NCBI RefSeq assembly: GCF_006345805.1
Contig: NC_042999.1
Span: 85,250,001-85,314,000 of the forward strand
Direction of reading: 5' to 3'
Source: Octopus sinensis
Lineage: Eukaryota
DNA: 64,000 nt
Numbering within the stretch: position 1 is the stretch's first letter; each line of letters opens with the position of its first letter. The notes under the pieces are model-generated. The model did no database searches, was not told the DNA's origin, and saw nothing but the letters and a program-made list of their open reading frames with translations. The translations under genes were made by a program, and so were the position numbers. Below, in pieces: positions 38,941 through 53,025 of the stretch.

Positions 38941-39344
38941 AATGTTTTGTTACGACATTATTTATTTGAAAACATAAGTATACTCTTCTATATGAATAAA
39001 TACGAGTGAGAGTCATAATAGGTTGAGTAAATAACTGAAAGATAGCTATTCCTGTGCATAAAATACTTTGATATATTACTTTATACATTCACAATTTTAC
39101 TTACCTCCTCTATTCATGCTGATGGCGAAGATGACTGCAATTAAGTAAAAAAAATGCTATTAATTGGGTGATATCTAAGAAATATTGACTCCTACTTACT
39201 AATTCTATTTCCTTTACTTAAGTAGATGGTTAACTGGGATTACGTGATGTTTATACAATTTCGATGCGCTTTAATTTTTCAGATGAAGTGAACTTGCATC
39301 AAAAGCTAATCGAAATCAATTCCCGTCGCTTCATCGAAAAGCAT

Positions 39345-42300
39345 TGGTATGGGGATAATAGTTATAATGGAACACTCCTCCTACGTGACGAGTGGTATGT
39401 GACAGTCGCTACAAATACGGTGACGTAGGGTATCAGTGGAGTAGTTAGTCATAGGAGGGGTAGACGGTCATTAGATAGTTGTGTCTCACTTGTCTAATTA
39501 TCTATACTGATATACCGGAATGGACGTTATATTATAACAGATTAGATTACAACAGTGGCGACGAAGAATTAACAAACTCACGATGAATTAACAAACGCAC
39601 GAGGATTAAACAAACTCACAAGGAGTTAAGAAACTCATAAATGTTTTTGTACAAATTTTACGGTATACAAAATCATAAAATTATGGAAGATCTGTTGGCT
39701 GGTTTGCTCGAGTTGCAAAAACAGCAATAACAACTGAAAGAACAACAATAACAGCAATTATTTTTACAACAAATGTTGCAATTAATGAATAATCTCACCA
39801 GATTATGTTGCAAACTCGATAACAGAATTTAGATATGAACCAGACGAAGGAGTTACCTTCGAGGTGTACTATAGAAGATACGAACAGATCTTCAATAAAG
39901 AGTGCAAAGATTGGGACGACGATATCAAGACGCGTCTTAGCCTAAAAAAACTGGCAGCAGGAGAACATAAGCATTACAGCAATTACGTACTCTCGAAAAC
40001 AACTTCTGACATTAGCTTTAAAAAATACAATAGACGTATTGTCTAAAATTTTTAGCGAAAAAAGCTCGTTGTTTAATACACGCTGGAAATGTTTGAACCA
40101 AGAAAAGAACAACGAAGAGGACTAAATCACATATGCTGGTAGAGTTAAAAGAGAATGTGAAAAGTTCAAACTGGACAAATTAACGCCAGATATGTTCAAG
40201 TGCTTGATATTTTACTCAGAGATTAACTACAGAAAAAGACGCAGAAGTAAAAACAAGAATTCTCGCTAAGCTGGAACACAACCAAGCTGTAACCTTACAA
40301 GTGTCTGAAGAGTGTGAAAGAATAGTAAATTTAAGACACGGCACAGAGAAAATTTAACATAAAGATTGCTCCCAAGTGAAACAAGTGCAAAATAGGCAGA
40401 GTAGAAATCAAGTGTGTAAAATACAGGACAAACAGGACAAAAGTCAGGGAACAAACCCATGTTTTGCGTGTGGAGATCTACACCTTAGAAAACTCTGCTC
40501 ATTTTAGAAAGCGGAATGATTCCGATGCAGAAAAATTGGATACTTAAAAGCACACTGTAAAACCAAGATGACAAAACGGTGTCGCCGAAAGAAAATGGTA
40601 ATGTAACAAAAAGGAATCTGTAAATGTGAAAATTGAAAATATAAGAGTAAAAACGCAGTTAGACACTGGAAGTGATATTACTATTGTGAACGAAGAAACT
40701 TGGAAGTATATCGCGAAGACGAAATTAAGTAAATCTACAAAAGCATCACACGGTGTTAAGGGTAAAATATTGTATTTTGTAGGTGAATTTGTGTGTAATG
40801 ACGTTTCGTGACCAAATAAAAACGGCAAAAGTATATATGTTAAAAAATTCAGTTAAACAGAGTGGATAGAACTGTTCAAATTGTGGAATATGCCCATAAG
40901 TGTTTTGTGTGAGAATATTGTCGGTTCAGTCGAAGCTTCGAATGCAGCTGAGGGATCGAAACGAAAAATAAAACATTTATTTCCAGATGTTTACTTGGAT
41001 GAACTGGGCTGCTGCACGAAAACTAAGGCAAAAATTGTAGTAAAACAAAGTGCAACACCTGTATTTAAGCCAAAACGCAATGTACCGTTCGCGACACTAG
41101 AACAGGTAAATAAGGAACTTGAAGGCTTAGGAATATTTTAGAGAAGACGGACCACTCAGATAGGGCAACACCTACGATCTACGTAAAAAGAAAAATAGTA
41201 AGTTAAGAGATTATGCAGATTTTTCAACCGGGTTGATTGGTTGCTTAATCTCACATAACTACCCATTGCCGAGTCCTGAGAAGGGGTTCGCAAAATTGAA
41301 TTGTGGGAAATTCTTCTCAAAATTAGACCTCTCGGGGGCATATTTACAAATCCAAGTAGAAAAATGCTCACACTTATTAACCATTAATACACACAGTGGT
41401 TTATTTAAATTTAAGCGACTTTCCTTCGGTGTAAAAGTGGCCCCTTACCATATTTCAACAAGTAATGGATACAATGCTGGCGGACAGTGATTTTGCTATC
41501 ACCTATTTAGATGATATCCTAATGAAAAGTGAATCACTCGAATAACATGCAGAACACGTAAAGAGGGCATTCGAAAAGATAAGAGAGTACGCATTCAAGG
41601 TAAATGAAGAAAATGCGAGTTCTTTCTGAAAAAAAATTAGATACTTGGGCTAGATAATGGATAAAAACCGAAGGAAACCGAATCCATCCAGGGCAACTGC
41701 GATAAAAAAAATATGCCCACACGGAATAATGTGACTATGCTACAAGCATTCTTGGGATTAGTAAATTACTTCCAAATTTATATTCCCACTATACACAATG
41801 TAAGGGCTCCGCTCAATGATCTCTTAAAGAAAAATACAAAATGGTGCTGAACTGTTAAGTACCAGAAAGCATTTGACAAATTAAAAAACATTTTAAAATC
41901 GAACGCATTTTGATCCGAAGTTAGATATTATATTGGCTGCAGATGCGAGTGATTACGGTGTAGGAGCCGTGCTTCTGTACAAATATCACTATGAGAGTAA
42001 AAAGGCTATAGCCCATGTGTCATGATCGGTATTAACAGCTGAAAGGAACTATAGTCAGATAGAAAAGGAAGCGTTAGCAATCATATTCGGTGTGAAAAAT
42101 TCAATAGATTTATTCATGGAAGACGTTTCTGTCTACAAACGGACCATCGCCCACTGCTGTCAATATAAGGTTCTAAAAAAAAAAAGAAATACCAACACAC
42201 ACAGCGAATAGACTACAGTGATGGGGCACTACATTACTGAATTATGATTACAAAATGGGATATTTACCGTCAAAAGAACTAGGGCATGTGGATGGGTTGT

Positions 42301-43826
42301 CCAAACTGATACCGAAACACTACGAGCCATTTGAAGTTACGGTAATCGAAGCATTAAGATAAGAAAGAGAAATAAAACATGTAATGTGGAATGTGGTACG
42401 CGAATTACCGGTGACCCTTGAAGACATAAAACGAAATGCGGAAAAAGACAAATTCATAACAGAAATGAAAAGAATACAGTGGACAAGAAAAATAATATTA
42501 TTACAGTTAGTAATAATTACAAAAGTTATATTATTATAGAGAATAATAATACCTGAAACACTGCAAAAGAAAATGTTGAGGGAATTCTATATTGGACACC
42601 CTGGTATTTCGAGGATGAAAACTTTAATGCGTAGCTACGTATACTGGTCAAAAATGGATACAGAAATCGAAAGTTTAATGAAAGGCTGTAGAGGACGTGC
42701 TCTAGCAGCAAAATTACCGACGATAAAAAGTGAACCTTGGCCAAAAGTAGATGTTCCGTGGTCGAGACTACACATCGATTTCGCTGGTCCCTTAAACGGT
42801 TCATACTACTTAGTAGTAGTAGATAGTTTCTCTAAATGGCCATAAATTTGTAAGTGTAAAAAACCAACCTCCTCATCTAAGACAAATTTTCTACATGAGC
42901 TATTTGCGAGAGTTAGCATTCCTGACAATGTCTGACAAGGGCAGTTTGTGTCTTTTGTGTTTAAAAAGTTTTGTAAAACGTTCGCAGTAGAACATGTAAA
43001 TACGGTGTCATACCATCTCAGCTCTAACGGACAAGCAGAACGCTTTGTCGGTACGTTCAAGAAAGCCCTAAGAAAGTCGAATGAGGAAGTCACGGATGAG
43101 GTAGCTCTACAACAATCCTTAAGAGTATACCGTGTAACACCAAATCCAAAACACCAGCAGGTATGTCATCAGCGGAGCTGATGTTTGTGAGGAAACTTAA
43201 ATCAGTCTTCGACAAAGAGAAGAAAAATTGCAATGGATACTAAAGATAATTCAAAATTGGTGAACATTTGTTAGGGCATATAAGAACAGAAAACAAAGTT
43301 GGGAAGATGGCATGATTACCAAACGCACAGGAAAAATGCAATATTTGGTAAAAGAAAGTAAAGGAGTATACAAGAGACACATGAACCAACAACAAAAAAA
43401 GATTCATTGACAGCGAACCCAAGAGAATAGAAAAACCAATGGAATGGTTATATGATACTTTTCAAGTACCAACCCTCTACAAATAATTGAACACAGATGC
43501 ACAAACGAAAGAAAAGATAATGTGTAACTGTATGAAAAAAACTCAAAAAATTAGGTGCGGTGATGTAAAAATTATTGCGAATAAAAAAGAAATAAAATTA
43601 CACTTCCTAAGAAAAAAGAAAATTTAAAAGGGAAGTTGCTTATGGGGTTAATAGTAATAATGGAGTGGTATCTACTAGTCGTTACAAATACAGTGACGTA
43701 GAATGTCAGTGAAGTAGTTGGTCATAGGAAGTAGACGGTCATTAGATAGTCGTGTCTTCCGTGACTAACTAACTATACTGCTAAACCGGAGTGGACATTA
43801 TAACAGTCCGACGTCGAATTACAACA
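39345..43826 (+). mobile_element. Gypsy/Ty3 LTR retrotransposon (Mag/K02A2.6-like), full span, pseudogenised
   Basis: LTRs at 39345-39554 and 43637-43826, both ending TTACAACA. PBS TGGCGACGA at 39556, PPT AAAAGGGAAG before the 3' LTR, and TSD AGCAT at 39340-39344 and 43827-43831. Gag, protease LDTGSDIT, RT YLDDIL, RNase H and integrase RLHIDFAGP...VVDSFSKWP are all present. Confidence 0.93.
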
Positions 43827-45097
43827 AGCATATAATTTCCTCCGCTTCATTCCTATATATCTTTCAACGCGGATTAGCACCTTATTTGACGATAAGATAC
43901 AAAAGTAGAATAGCTAACTTTTGGCATAACATTTTTAGTATGGTCTATATGAAATGTGTGTATAACCGACGACTATTTTAAAACGGAGAAACTCACAGAA
44001 TACAGTCTTAAAATTATATAAGGAGTTTGATAAGAGTCTAAAATAATAAAATACATATCAGCAATTACTGAAATAAGCGTTATTTTCAGCATCGTTCAAT
44101 AGTAACGTTGGCTGTATCCAAACTCAGATGTCTTGATTCGAAAGGTATTTTTTTCATTTTAGTTACATTCTCTGTAAAAAGAATTTTATCCAGTCATAAA
44201 ACTGGGTGTGTCCTCAACTACAAAAACTTTCGACAATTGATTACGCGATTCTAAATAAACCTACATTTCAGTTTTTAGGTCAAAGAAAATATTCTACATC
44301 GTTTACGTCCTTAATACGTGACAATCAATATTGTACGACTGCGCATAAACATTTCATTGATTTATGTGCATGAGAGAGTAATGCAAAAAACGTTAGATGC
44401 CTACGTTTCGACACGAAGTATTTTTCCTATTACTTTACGTAAATGGACCACAGTTTGACAGAATCGTTAAAGTGTCGGGTAAAATAGTAAGACATTTGTT
44501 CCGAGTCTTTACGTTCTGACCAAACCCGTCCAGTGGCAACTTTGTCTTTCATCCTTGGATAAATTTAAGCACAGGTCAAATACTGGACAGGATGTAATCG
44601 ACCGTTCGTCTCCAGATTTGTAGCTTTGTAAGGAATTACTTAGCTTATTTCTCACAATTCCACCACTCTCCTGTGAAAACGAGAAACAATTGTTTGTAAA
44701 ACGTTAAAGGACTCGAAGCTATATCTCCCATTAACTTTTCCATGAAACTCCCATTAACTTTTTCATTATAAAGTTATGAATGTGTTTGGAAGAGATGTTC
44801 TGTCTTCTAGTATATTTGATGAATGATGAGTATAAGTCGCCAAACTGATACAGCTGCGAGAACCAACTCTTCAAATCTGCGAGGAAATTTCAGTAACACT
44901 GACACTTCCTTTCGTTCAAAATGATAAAGGTCTTGGCTAACGTCGATCATCGGAAGGTGGTGGTTCTTACATAGCTTTAAGTACCTTTGTTTTCTTTCGT
45001 TTATATTTCTAGGCACATATTTATGTTGTATAGCTTCTTTTCCCCACTCACAAGCCGTGTGTTATGGCTGGCTTTGCCAATGATTTAATAATACAGA

Positions 45098-45830
45098 TAC
45101 GAGGGTGGGCTGAAAAGTTCATGTATGAAAGAGTTGAGAATACTCTGCACAATAAACTTGTCATGATGAAGGTTACTATTCAGTGGGTACCACGTCGTCG
45201 ATTTCATCAGAAGAACATCGGGCGGATGACATCATGGGAAAATTTGACATTGTTTGAGGAAGACCCTGCTAGTTTCTTTGAACGTTTTATAATCCAGGGT
45301 GATTGTTGGGTCCATCACTTTGGACCAGAGACAAAGAAATAATCCATGCAGTGATAACACCACTTCTCACCCGTTCCATAGAAGGCCAAAGTCATTTCAT
45401 CTGCAGGTCATTTCATTGTGTTTATTGACAACTTTCAAAAAAGCCGCACCATCAATGGAGAGTACTATGCCAATTTGCTGAGGCAGTTACGAAAGGCTAT
45501 TAAAACCAGACGCCCAGGAAAACTGGCGAAAGAGATTTTGTTTCATCAGGACAATGTTCCAGCACACAAGCCCTTGATTTCAATGACTGCTGTGATTGAC
45601 TGCAGCTTTGGACTGGTTGATCACCGTCCCTATCCTCCTGATTTGGCTCCCATCTGACTATCATCTGCTCCCGAACATAAAAAACGCTTGGCTGGAAATC
45701 AGTATCGCAGTGACCATGATATATTTGTTGTTGACTTTTTTTGACCATCAGGATGAAAGCTTCTTCAATGAGATCCAAACAACACTAATGGAAAAATGTG
45801 AACCGCAAGGAGGAGGAATCTTGATGAATG
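45098..45830 (+). mobile_element. Mariner remnant, internally deleted
   Basis: TIR-like TACGAGGGTGGGCTGAAAAGTTC. WVPR, DCWVHHF.PETK, HQDNVPAHK and HRPYPPDLAP.DYHL motifs. Confidence 0.82.
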
Positions 45831-46439
45831 AGACGAAAGCGCTAATAAAAAATTATCCAAAATTTTAGATAACTTCCTTTTCTTGATATATAAAAACGGC
45901 AACAGCAGCAGCAGCACCAACAACAACATGTAATTCGTCTGCTGTAGCAGCAACTGAGATGGCGGAAAATAATGACTATAATAAAATAATCACCATCTCT
46001 TCCTTTATCCATCCTACTCCTACATGCACAAATTCAAACATACACATACAAGAATACATGCCTCTGCTCCTGTCCGAGGAAGGGTTTTCCGACCGTACAA
46101 CCTCGCATGATAAAGAGTTGGGGGCAGAGGCAAGAAAAGGAAAACAACTGGGAAAAAAACGCAAAATATCAATTCCACATCGATGATTCTGAACGCAGAC
46201 AGTAATTCGGATGCCTTAGACGTGAACAGAAGTGTAAGAAATGCTTTTCATATGATAGTGTTCTATGTCTACAGTGGCAGAGCAATCAGATTTCTTCAAG
46301 CCTCTGGCAGGTATCTGGAAGTTCTCCTCGAAAACCCTACTCTTTAATATTGGTGGATTAGAAGTCTCTTGCCATTTGGATTTTGAGCAGTTAGCTGATG
46401 ACAGGAGAGAGAAATGCAAAAGTCTTGCAAGCCTGCTCA

Positions 46440-46800
46440 GACGTTTCCAACAGTAAGACAGTTACCGACTGGATCTCCCGTATATGCCAATGTGGACACG
46501 AGCAAATAGCATCAAGTCATCCAGACTGTATCCAGACAGAACCTTTGACAGTGTTGCGTGATTATAGGAAAGCATTCAACTAATTTCCCCACTTATGGTT
46601 GCTGAAATCTCTACACTTCACAACCGTGCATACTACCTTAGTTGCTACAATTGAGAGACTCACAAATCCTGAGAACAATCCTCACACTTAGAAATGAAAG
46701 CGGAATGAGAATTATAATTCTCATTAATATTTCAGCGGGAATTTTCCAAGGAGACAGTCTTCCTGTAATTCTGTTTATTTTGACATCAAATCTGTTATCA
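46440..46800 (+). mobile_element. R4/Dong-like RT fragment
   Basis: DYRKAFN.FPHLWLLKSL and GIFQGDSLPVILF RT motifs. Confidence 0.62.
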
Positions 46801-47100
46801 TTTCATATGTACGTACGTTCATACTCAAAACCTAATTTCATCCATTCGACCTTTCGGTTCCAACAATCAGAGAAGTCCAGATGGCACTCAAGGAGACACT
46901 TTACATTCGTTGAGGAAATTGTATATCATCGAAACGATCAGTTGATAATGCTTTCTTCTCGGTAGGTATGAACAAGTCTTCTTACCATTCACGCAGTATT
47001 GCCATTTCTTCTGTCTATGTCTACTTCGGCAAACACATATAAGTATTCCGAAATAGTTGCCCGGATTCATGTTGATCTCGTCATCTCGATTACATCGACC

Positions 47101-47203
47101 GAAGAAGAAGAAGAAATAGGAGGAAGGGGGGGAGAAGGAGGAGGAGGAGGAGGAGGAGGAGGAGGAGGAAGAGGAGGAAGAGGAGGAGGAGGAGGAAGAA
47201 GAA

Positions 47204-47238
<35 letters not shown>

Positions 47239-47440
47239 GGAGGAAGAGGAGGAAGAGGAGAAGAGGAGGAAGAAGAGGATGAGGAAGAGGAGGAAGAGGA
47301 GGAAGAGGGGAAGAGGAGGGGAAGAGGAGGAGGAGGAAGAAGAGGAAGAGGAGGAGCAGAGCAGGAACAGGTGCAAGAGGCACAGGAGCAGCAGGGGGCG
47401 CAGGAGAAGCAGGAGGAGCAGGAGGAGCAGGAGGAGGAGA
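47101..47440. repeat. (GGA)/(GAA)/(GCAGGA) polypurine low-complexity tract
   Basis: Direct reading. It lies about 400 bp downstream of the SULT-like stop codon. Confidence 0.92.
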
Positions 47441-47860
47441 TATTAAGTTTCCTTCAGTTTAGTCATATTTTGTATGAAGTTTACGGAATAATTTCATATA
47501 ATTTGTCTGCTTTATATAATATTCATTTATATGAAAAAATAGGTAATGTGGAAAAAAATTTCATAAACTTTTATTCATAGTAAATGAAAAAGGAAAGATG
47601 AATGGTGTTCTGATATAGAAAATCCACATACTTCACTTGTTTTATTCAAGTTTATTGGATTATGTTAGAACAAAAGGGAAATTTGTAAAGAAAAACTGCT
47701 TTTGAAGCTGGAAACGTCGTTCACATGGACATTCCGTATAATGAAACTGACAAATAGCCATACCATTTTGGTATGCATGCATTTGATTACGATTCATGTA
47801 TGTTTAAAATATTCAACATCAAACACTGCTCAGTTTAGACGTATAACTTCAATAAACATT

Positions 47861-47967
47861 TTAAAAATTTAATATGATTCCCTGTTCGGTCAATTCTGAC
47901 TGGATCCTGGCATCCATTATCTCACTTTGCTCAACAGTCAACCATTTTTTCCATGTATCCACTTTAC
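47861..47967 (-). CDS. Sulfotransferase-fold protein, terminal coding exon 5
   Basis: CAATTTTTAG|GT acceptor in phase 1. Reads GKVDTWKKWLTVEQSEIMDARIQSELTEQGIILNF-TAA. The five exons sum to 900 nt (299 aa plus stop), with AATAAA motifs downstream near 47570-47660. Confidence 0.88.
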
Positions 47968-48652
47968 CTAAAAATTGTATGAAAACAGTAAAGAAATAAG
48001 TATATAATGTTTAATTAGACATTGTGGCATCATTACGTATATGTGTCTCTGTATTTTGGTGTGTGTGTGTATGTGAGTGTGTGTGTGTGTGTGTGTGTGT
48101 ATGTGAGTGTGTGTGTGTGTGTGTGTATGTGTGTATGTGTGTGCGTGTGTGAGTGTGTTTGTGTGTGTGCGCGTGCGCGCATATGTAAGAGAGGAGTGAG
48201 AGATGGGTCTAAGTCTGCGTTTACAAATGACGAAAAGTACTCAATACATGGCGTATAGTATGATTATTTTGATGCTAAAGCCTTTTGAATCGCAGCATGT
48301 TTCCGATTTAATCAACACACATACGCACGCACACACACATACACACACACGCGCGCATATAGATGTATATATGTATATATATTTAAATTTTCTCTGCGTT
48401 TGGTTTTGTTACACAGCGTCGATTTTTACATTTCTGTAAATAATAATAATAGTATTTCATAAGCTAAAAGCTTATGTGATCACTGTGAAATGACTAGTAG
48501 TCTAATAATGAGGCACATAAGCTCTCGACGGAAAACCTACTGCTTTCAGTCGAGGGCTTACATGCCCCATTATTAGACTACTTTCTTGCTCGGTGATTGC
48601 TTATCAGCTTTAAGCTTATAATAATGCATACATACATACATACATACATACA

Positions 48653-48729
<77 letters not shown>

Positions 48730-49020
48730 TTACGCCCCCGCAACTTAGCGGTTTGGCAAAGGAAACCGATAGAATACGACGGGCTATTTGAGTTTCCGTG
48801 TACCAAATCCACTCACAAGGCTTTCGTCGGACCGAGGCTATAGTAGGACTGAACGCGGAACCATGTGGTTGGTGAGCAAGCTAATTACGAGACATCCACA
48901 TATATGTATGCATGTATGTATATATGCATATGGGTGTGTGTATGTGTGTGCGTGTGTATGTGTGAATGGCCCTGCGCAAGGATGACACACAAATTCCTGA
49001 AGCGTTGCACATTTTTTATA

Positions 49021-49196
49021 GGTGCAGGAGTGGCCATAAGCGCAGGAGTGACTGTGGTAAGTAGCTTGCTTACCAATCACATGGTTCCAGGTTCAGTCTC
49101 ACTGTATAGCACTTTGGGCAAGTGTCTTCTACTACAGCCTCGGACCGACCAAAGCCTTGTGAGTGGATTTGGTAGACGGAAACTGAAAGAAGCATG

Positions 49197-49274
<78 letters not shown>

Positions 49275-49460
49275 GAGTGTGTAAGTTTGTGTTTGTCCCC
49301 CCGGCATCGCTTGACAACCGATTTTGGTGTATTTACGTTCCCGTAACTTGGCGGCTCGGCAAAAGAGACCGATAGGATAAGTACTGGTGTCGATTTGCTC
49401 GATTAAAGGTGGTGCTCCAGCATGGCGACAGTCAAATGATTGAAACAAATAACAGAATAA
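49021..49460 (+). mobile_element. Family B SINE with internal (TA)n
   Basis: Same two-part structure as 4446-4900, in the opposite orientation. Confidence 0.78.
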
Positions 49461-49699
49461 AAGAAAAAAGATTACCTTGCACTTGCATACTGTTTCTTTA
49501 ATTTTGCAATTAGAGTGTAATCTATTTATTGTGCAATCACAATTTTTACCTATAACTTTTTTTATATATTGTTTTCTTTCCTGGTTATTTCTGTTGTTCT
49601 CTCTGCCCCTTTTATCTTCTAATTCATATTCCGTTTCTTGATATTCGAATTTAGTATCGCTTTCCAATGTGTTATTTTGGTTATTATTCACAACGTCTC

Positions 49700-49757
<58 letters not shown>

Positions 49758-49758
<1 letters not shown>

Positions 49759-50757
49759 TGTTGGACTTTTGCTTTATGTTTGAACAAGTTGGCTCCAAGT
49801 CTCACCCAGAGACCTCAAGAGACAGCAGGTTGGAAGTTCACGTTGTTGTTATGCCTAGTGTGCCATATATTTGGGGGGGTTGGGGGGGTTGGGGGGGTTG
49901 GGGGGGTTGGGGGGGTTGGGGGGGTGTACTAGTGAATATCCTTGAGGATATGAGCAGTTCCCATGAGCACTATCTTTTGAATTTATGCCATTTTGGGGTT
50001 TCCTGGTATCTGAGTTAGGTAGCAATCAGCCCCTTTCGCTATCATTCCCAGGGCACCTATGACAACAGGTATTGTTTTAGTCTTCAGCTTCCACATTTTG
50101 CTGATTTCTATTTCAAGATCTTTATATTTGCTCAGTTTTTGGTAGGTCTTGACAGATACGTTTATATCGATTAGGGCAGTCATATCAATGAGGAGGCATG
50201 TTCTTTGTCTGAAGTCTTTCAATGTGATGTCTAGCCTGTTTGCATCTATCTTTCTGTTAGTTTGAATGGTGAAGTTCCAGAGGAGTGAGATGTGGTCATT
50301 TTCAAGCACTGGGGGTGGATTGTGTTCCCACCAGTTTTTTTCATGGGGCAAATCCAGGTTTTTGCAAATTACCCAGTGAATATATTGTGCAGCTCTATCA
50401 TGCCTGTTGAGGTACTCTGTAGGCGCTAGAAGACTGCACTTGGAGACAACATAATCAATGGTTTCATTTTGTTGTCGACATACACGACATGTTGGGCTAC
50501 TGCCGTTCTTTAATATGTAGGCCTGGTAGTTTCTTGTTGGTAGGCATTGATCTTGAGCTGCTATGATAAACCCTTCTGTTTCAGATTTTAAGTCAGAGGC
50601 CATTAGCCATTGATGGGTCAGGGCTTTGTCAATATCTGCATTATTCGCTCTCTTTGGGTATTTGCCATAGAGAGGTTTTTCTTGCCATTTATTATTCAGA
50701 ATATCTAAGGCCGCAGTTTTGGCACAGGTTTTCATGCGCTTAGCTTTTTCTGTGCTT
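49758..50757 (-). mobile_element. R4/Dong 3' fragment with a 250-aa open frame (CCHC plus RLE) and 3' UTR
   Basis: WQEKPLYGKY, ETEGFIIAAQDQ, CRVCRQQNETIDYVVSKC, EYLNRHD and ANRLDITLKD...LLIDMT...KLSKYKDLEIEISKMW. Flanked by (TTA)n on both sides. Confidence 0.92.
49871..49924 (+). repeat. (TTGGGGGGG)6 G-tract array
   Basis: Six G7 runs separated by TT. Confidence 0.92.
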
Positions 50758-50792
50758 GTTTCTTTTTCTTCTTCTTCTTCTTCTTCTTCTTC

Positions 50793-50844
<52 letters not shown>

Positions 50845-51382
50845 TCAATTCACTGTTTCTATACCTTAGGTTACTATTTTCTTTGTGGATATTTGCTCTT
50901 ACTATGCTGCTCTTTTTAACATTTTTGTTTCCCTGTCCATATGCTTGGATGGTGTTATTTCCCTTGATTCGTTTTCCTTTTCATCATTATTTACGTTAAC
51001 TACTCTTGTTTCATTACTGTTAGGTAATAGATTTATGTTATAATTAATCTACTTATCGTAGAAATGATTTAATCTTTTCGTATTTTGCGCTGCCATTATT
51101 TGCACTATGTTCTTTGAATTCGAAAAAGCAATACTTACTAAGTGCAAGTTGAAGATTTTATAATACTTGCTGCCTTTAGGAAAATGTTTATTTACTGCCG
51201 AATACAATAATTTCGGAATATTCTTGCTAATTTGTTTACCAAATGGGAAAATAAACCATTCAGTATTATTATTAGCTCTATTTTTATAGAAATTATTGTT
51301 ATTTATACTAAGGGTACTCTTCTTACATGTTTTGTCTGTATATTTCTACAGTTTTATCTTATATTCGCCATTTGTTATATTG

Positions 51383-51414
<32 letters not shown>

Positions 51415-51418
51415 GAGT

Positions 51419-51792
51419 GAGAGAGCAGTGCATGCCATCAAAGTGACACTGGGGTACAAATATACGAAGCCCAATACACCCAACATGACTCCCCGTCTGA
51501 TAAAGGTACACCATGCACATGCATCACAACCATAAGTGCGCGACATGGAGATCTCATATCTATATAAACAGCGCATGACCTTGCAGGTTTGGCCCAATTA
51601 GAATTTTCTTCCGGTTGAGTAGCCCATCCCACTCAAAAAGGTCCCTGAATAAGGGTTGTTTAAGGATGTTGAACAAAACACCCATGATTCCAGAGGTGGA
51701 TTATTCAAACCCCAAAGAATCCCTCTCAACACATGGCTATGATGCTCCCCCACTACTTCTGCTCGTGATCAGAGATGCACATATCGTCAGCC
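51419..51792 (+). mobile_element. Family F repeat, 3'-truncated at a family E SINE
   Basis: Matches 25400-25770 and starts directly after (TTA)n. Confidence 0.75.
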
Positions 51793-52847
51793 ACCAGTTA
51801 CGACGACGTGGGTCCCAGCTGATACGATCAACAGAACAGCCTGTTCGTGAAATTAACGTACATGTGGTTGAGCACTCCACGGATACATGTACCCTTAACG
51901 CAACTCTCAGGGGGATTCAGCGTGACACAGACTGTGACAAGGCTGGCCCTTTGAAATACAGGTACTACTCATTTTTGCCAGCTAAGTGGACTGGAGCAAC
52001 GTGAAAATAATGTATTGCTCAAGTATGCAACGCGTCGCCGGGTATTGAACTTACGACCTTACAATCATTAACTAGTAGTGTGAAGGCGCATAGTTTAGTG
52101 GTTGGGATATTCGGCTCACGATTGTAAGGTCGCATATATATTACTTGTTTCATTCATAAGCCTTAGGGCAACTGGAGCGCCACATTCAGGAATTTTAGTC
52201 GAATTATTCGACCTCAGTACTTACTTTCTTTAAGCCTGGTACTTATTCTATTGGTCACTTTTGACGAACCGCTATATTACAGAGATGTAAACATACCAAT
52301 ACCGGTTGTCAAGCGGTGGTGGGGTACAGACACAACGCACACACACGTGTACAAACACGCACACACGTGTGTGTGTGTGTGTGTATATGTGTGTGTATAC
52401 GACGAGCTTCTTTCAGTTTCCACTCACAAGGCTTTGGTTGGACGAGGTTAGAGTAGACGACACTTGCCCAATGTACCACGCAATAGGAGTGAACCCAGAA
52501 CTATATGGTTGGGAATTAAACTTCCTACCACACTGCCACGCCAGATACATGCCTACATACATACATACTCACATACATACATACATACATACATACATAC
52601 ATACATTCATACATACATACATACACACGCACACATACATACATACATACATACATACACACTCACACATACATACATACATACATACACACACACACAC
52701 CACACACACACACACACACACATACATACATACATACATACATACATACAACATACATACATACATACATACATACACTGTACATCCCCATAACGTTAGA
52801 AGCATATGATAGTGATGTGTTAAATACAAATTTTAAAAAGTACTTAC

Positions 52848-53025
52848 CTGAATGGTAGAAAGTACCACCTTCTTTGAATGATTGTTCGGGAAGATACGAA
52901 GTAACCACTTCTTTTTCGGATTTCATTTTATCAAATGAACACATATCAACAATACCCTTGTTAAGTTGGTCACTGATTGTTCTCCCCAAGAATTTAGCGA
53001 CACGTGACACTATTTTGGAAAGATC
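52848..53025 (-). CDS. Sulfotransferase-fold protein, exon 4
   Basis: CTTTCACAG|GAT acceptor in phase 0. Reads DLSKIVSRVAKFLGRTISDQLNKGIVDMCSFDKMK...GGTFYHS. Donor TCAG|GTAAGT (phase 1). Confidence 0.9.

Noticed and set aside
39283-43928. About 55 open codons reconstructed across the empty Gypsy site after a TTTTTCAG acceptor
   Set aside because: No recognisable homology or partner exon, and the length is compatible with chance.
46888-47580. 193-aa Gly/Arg/Glu-rich ORF and its antisense ORFs
   Set aside because: Purine triplet repeat with no domain content or splice support.
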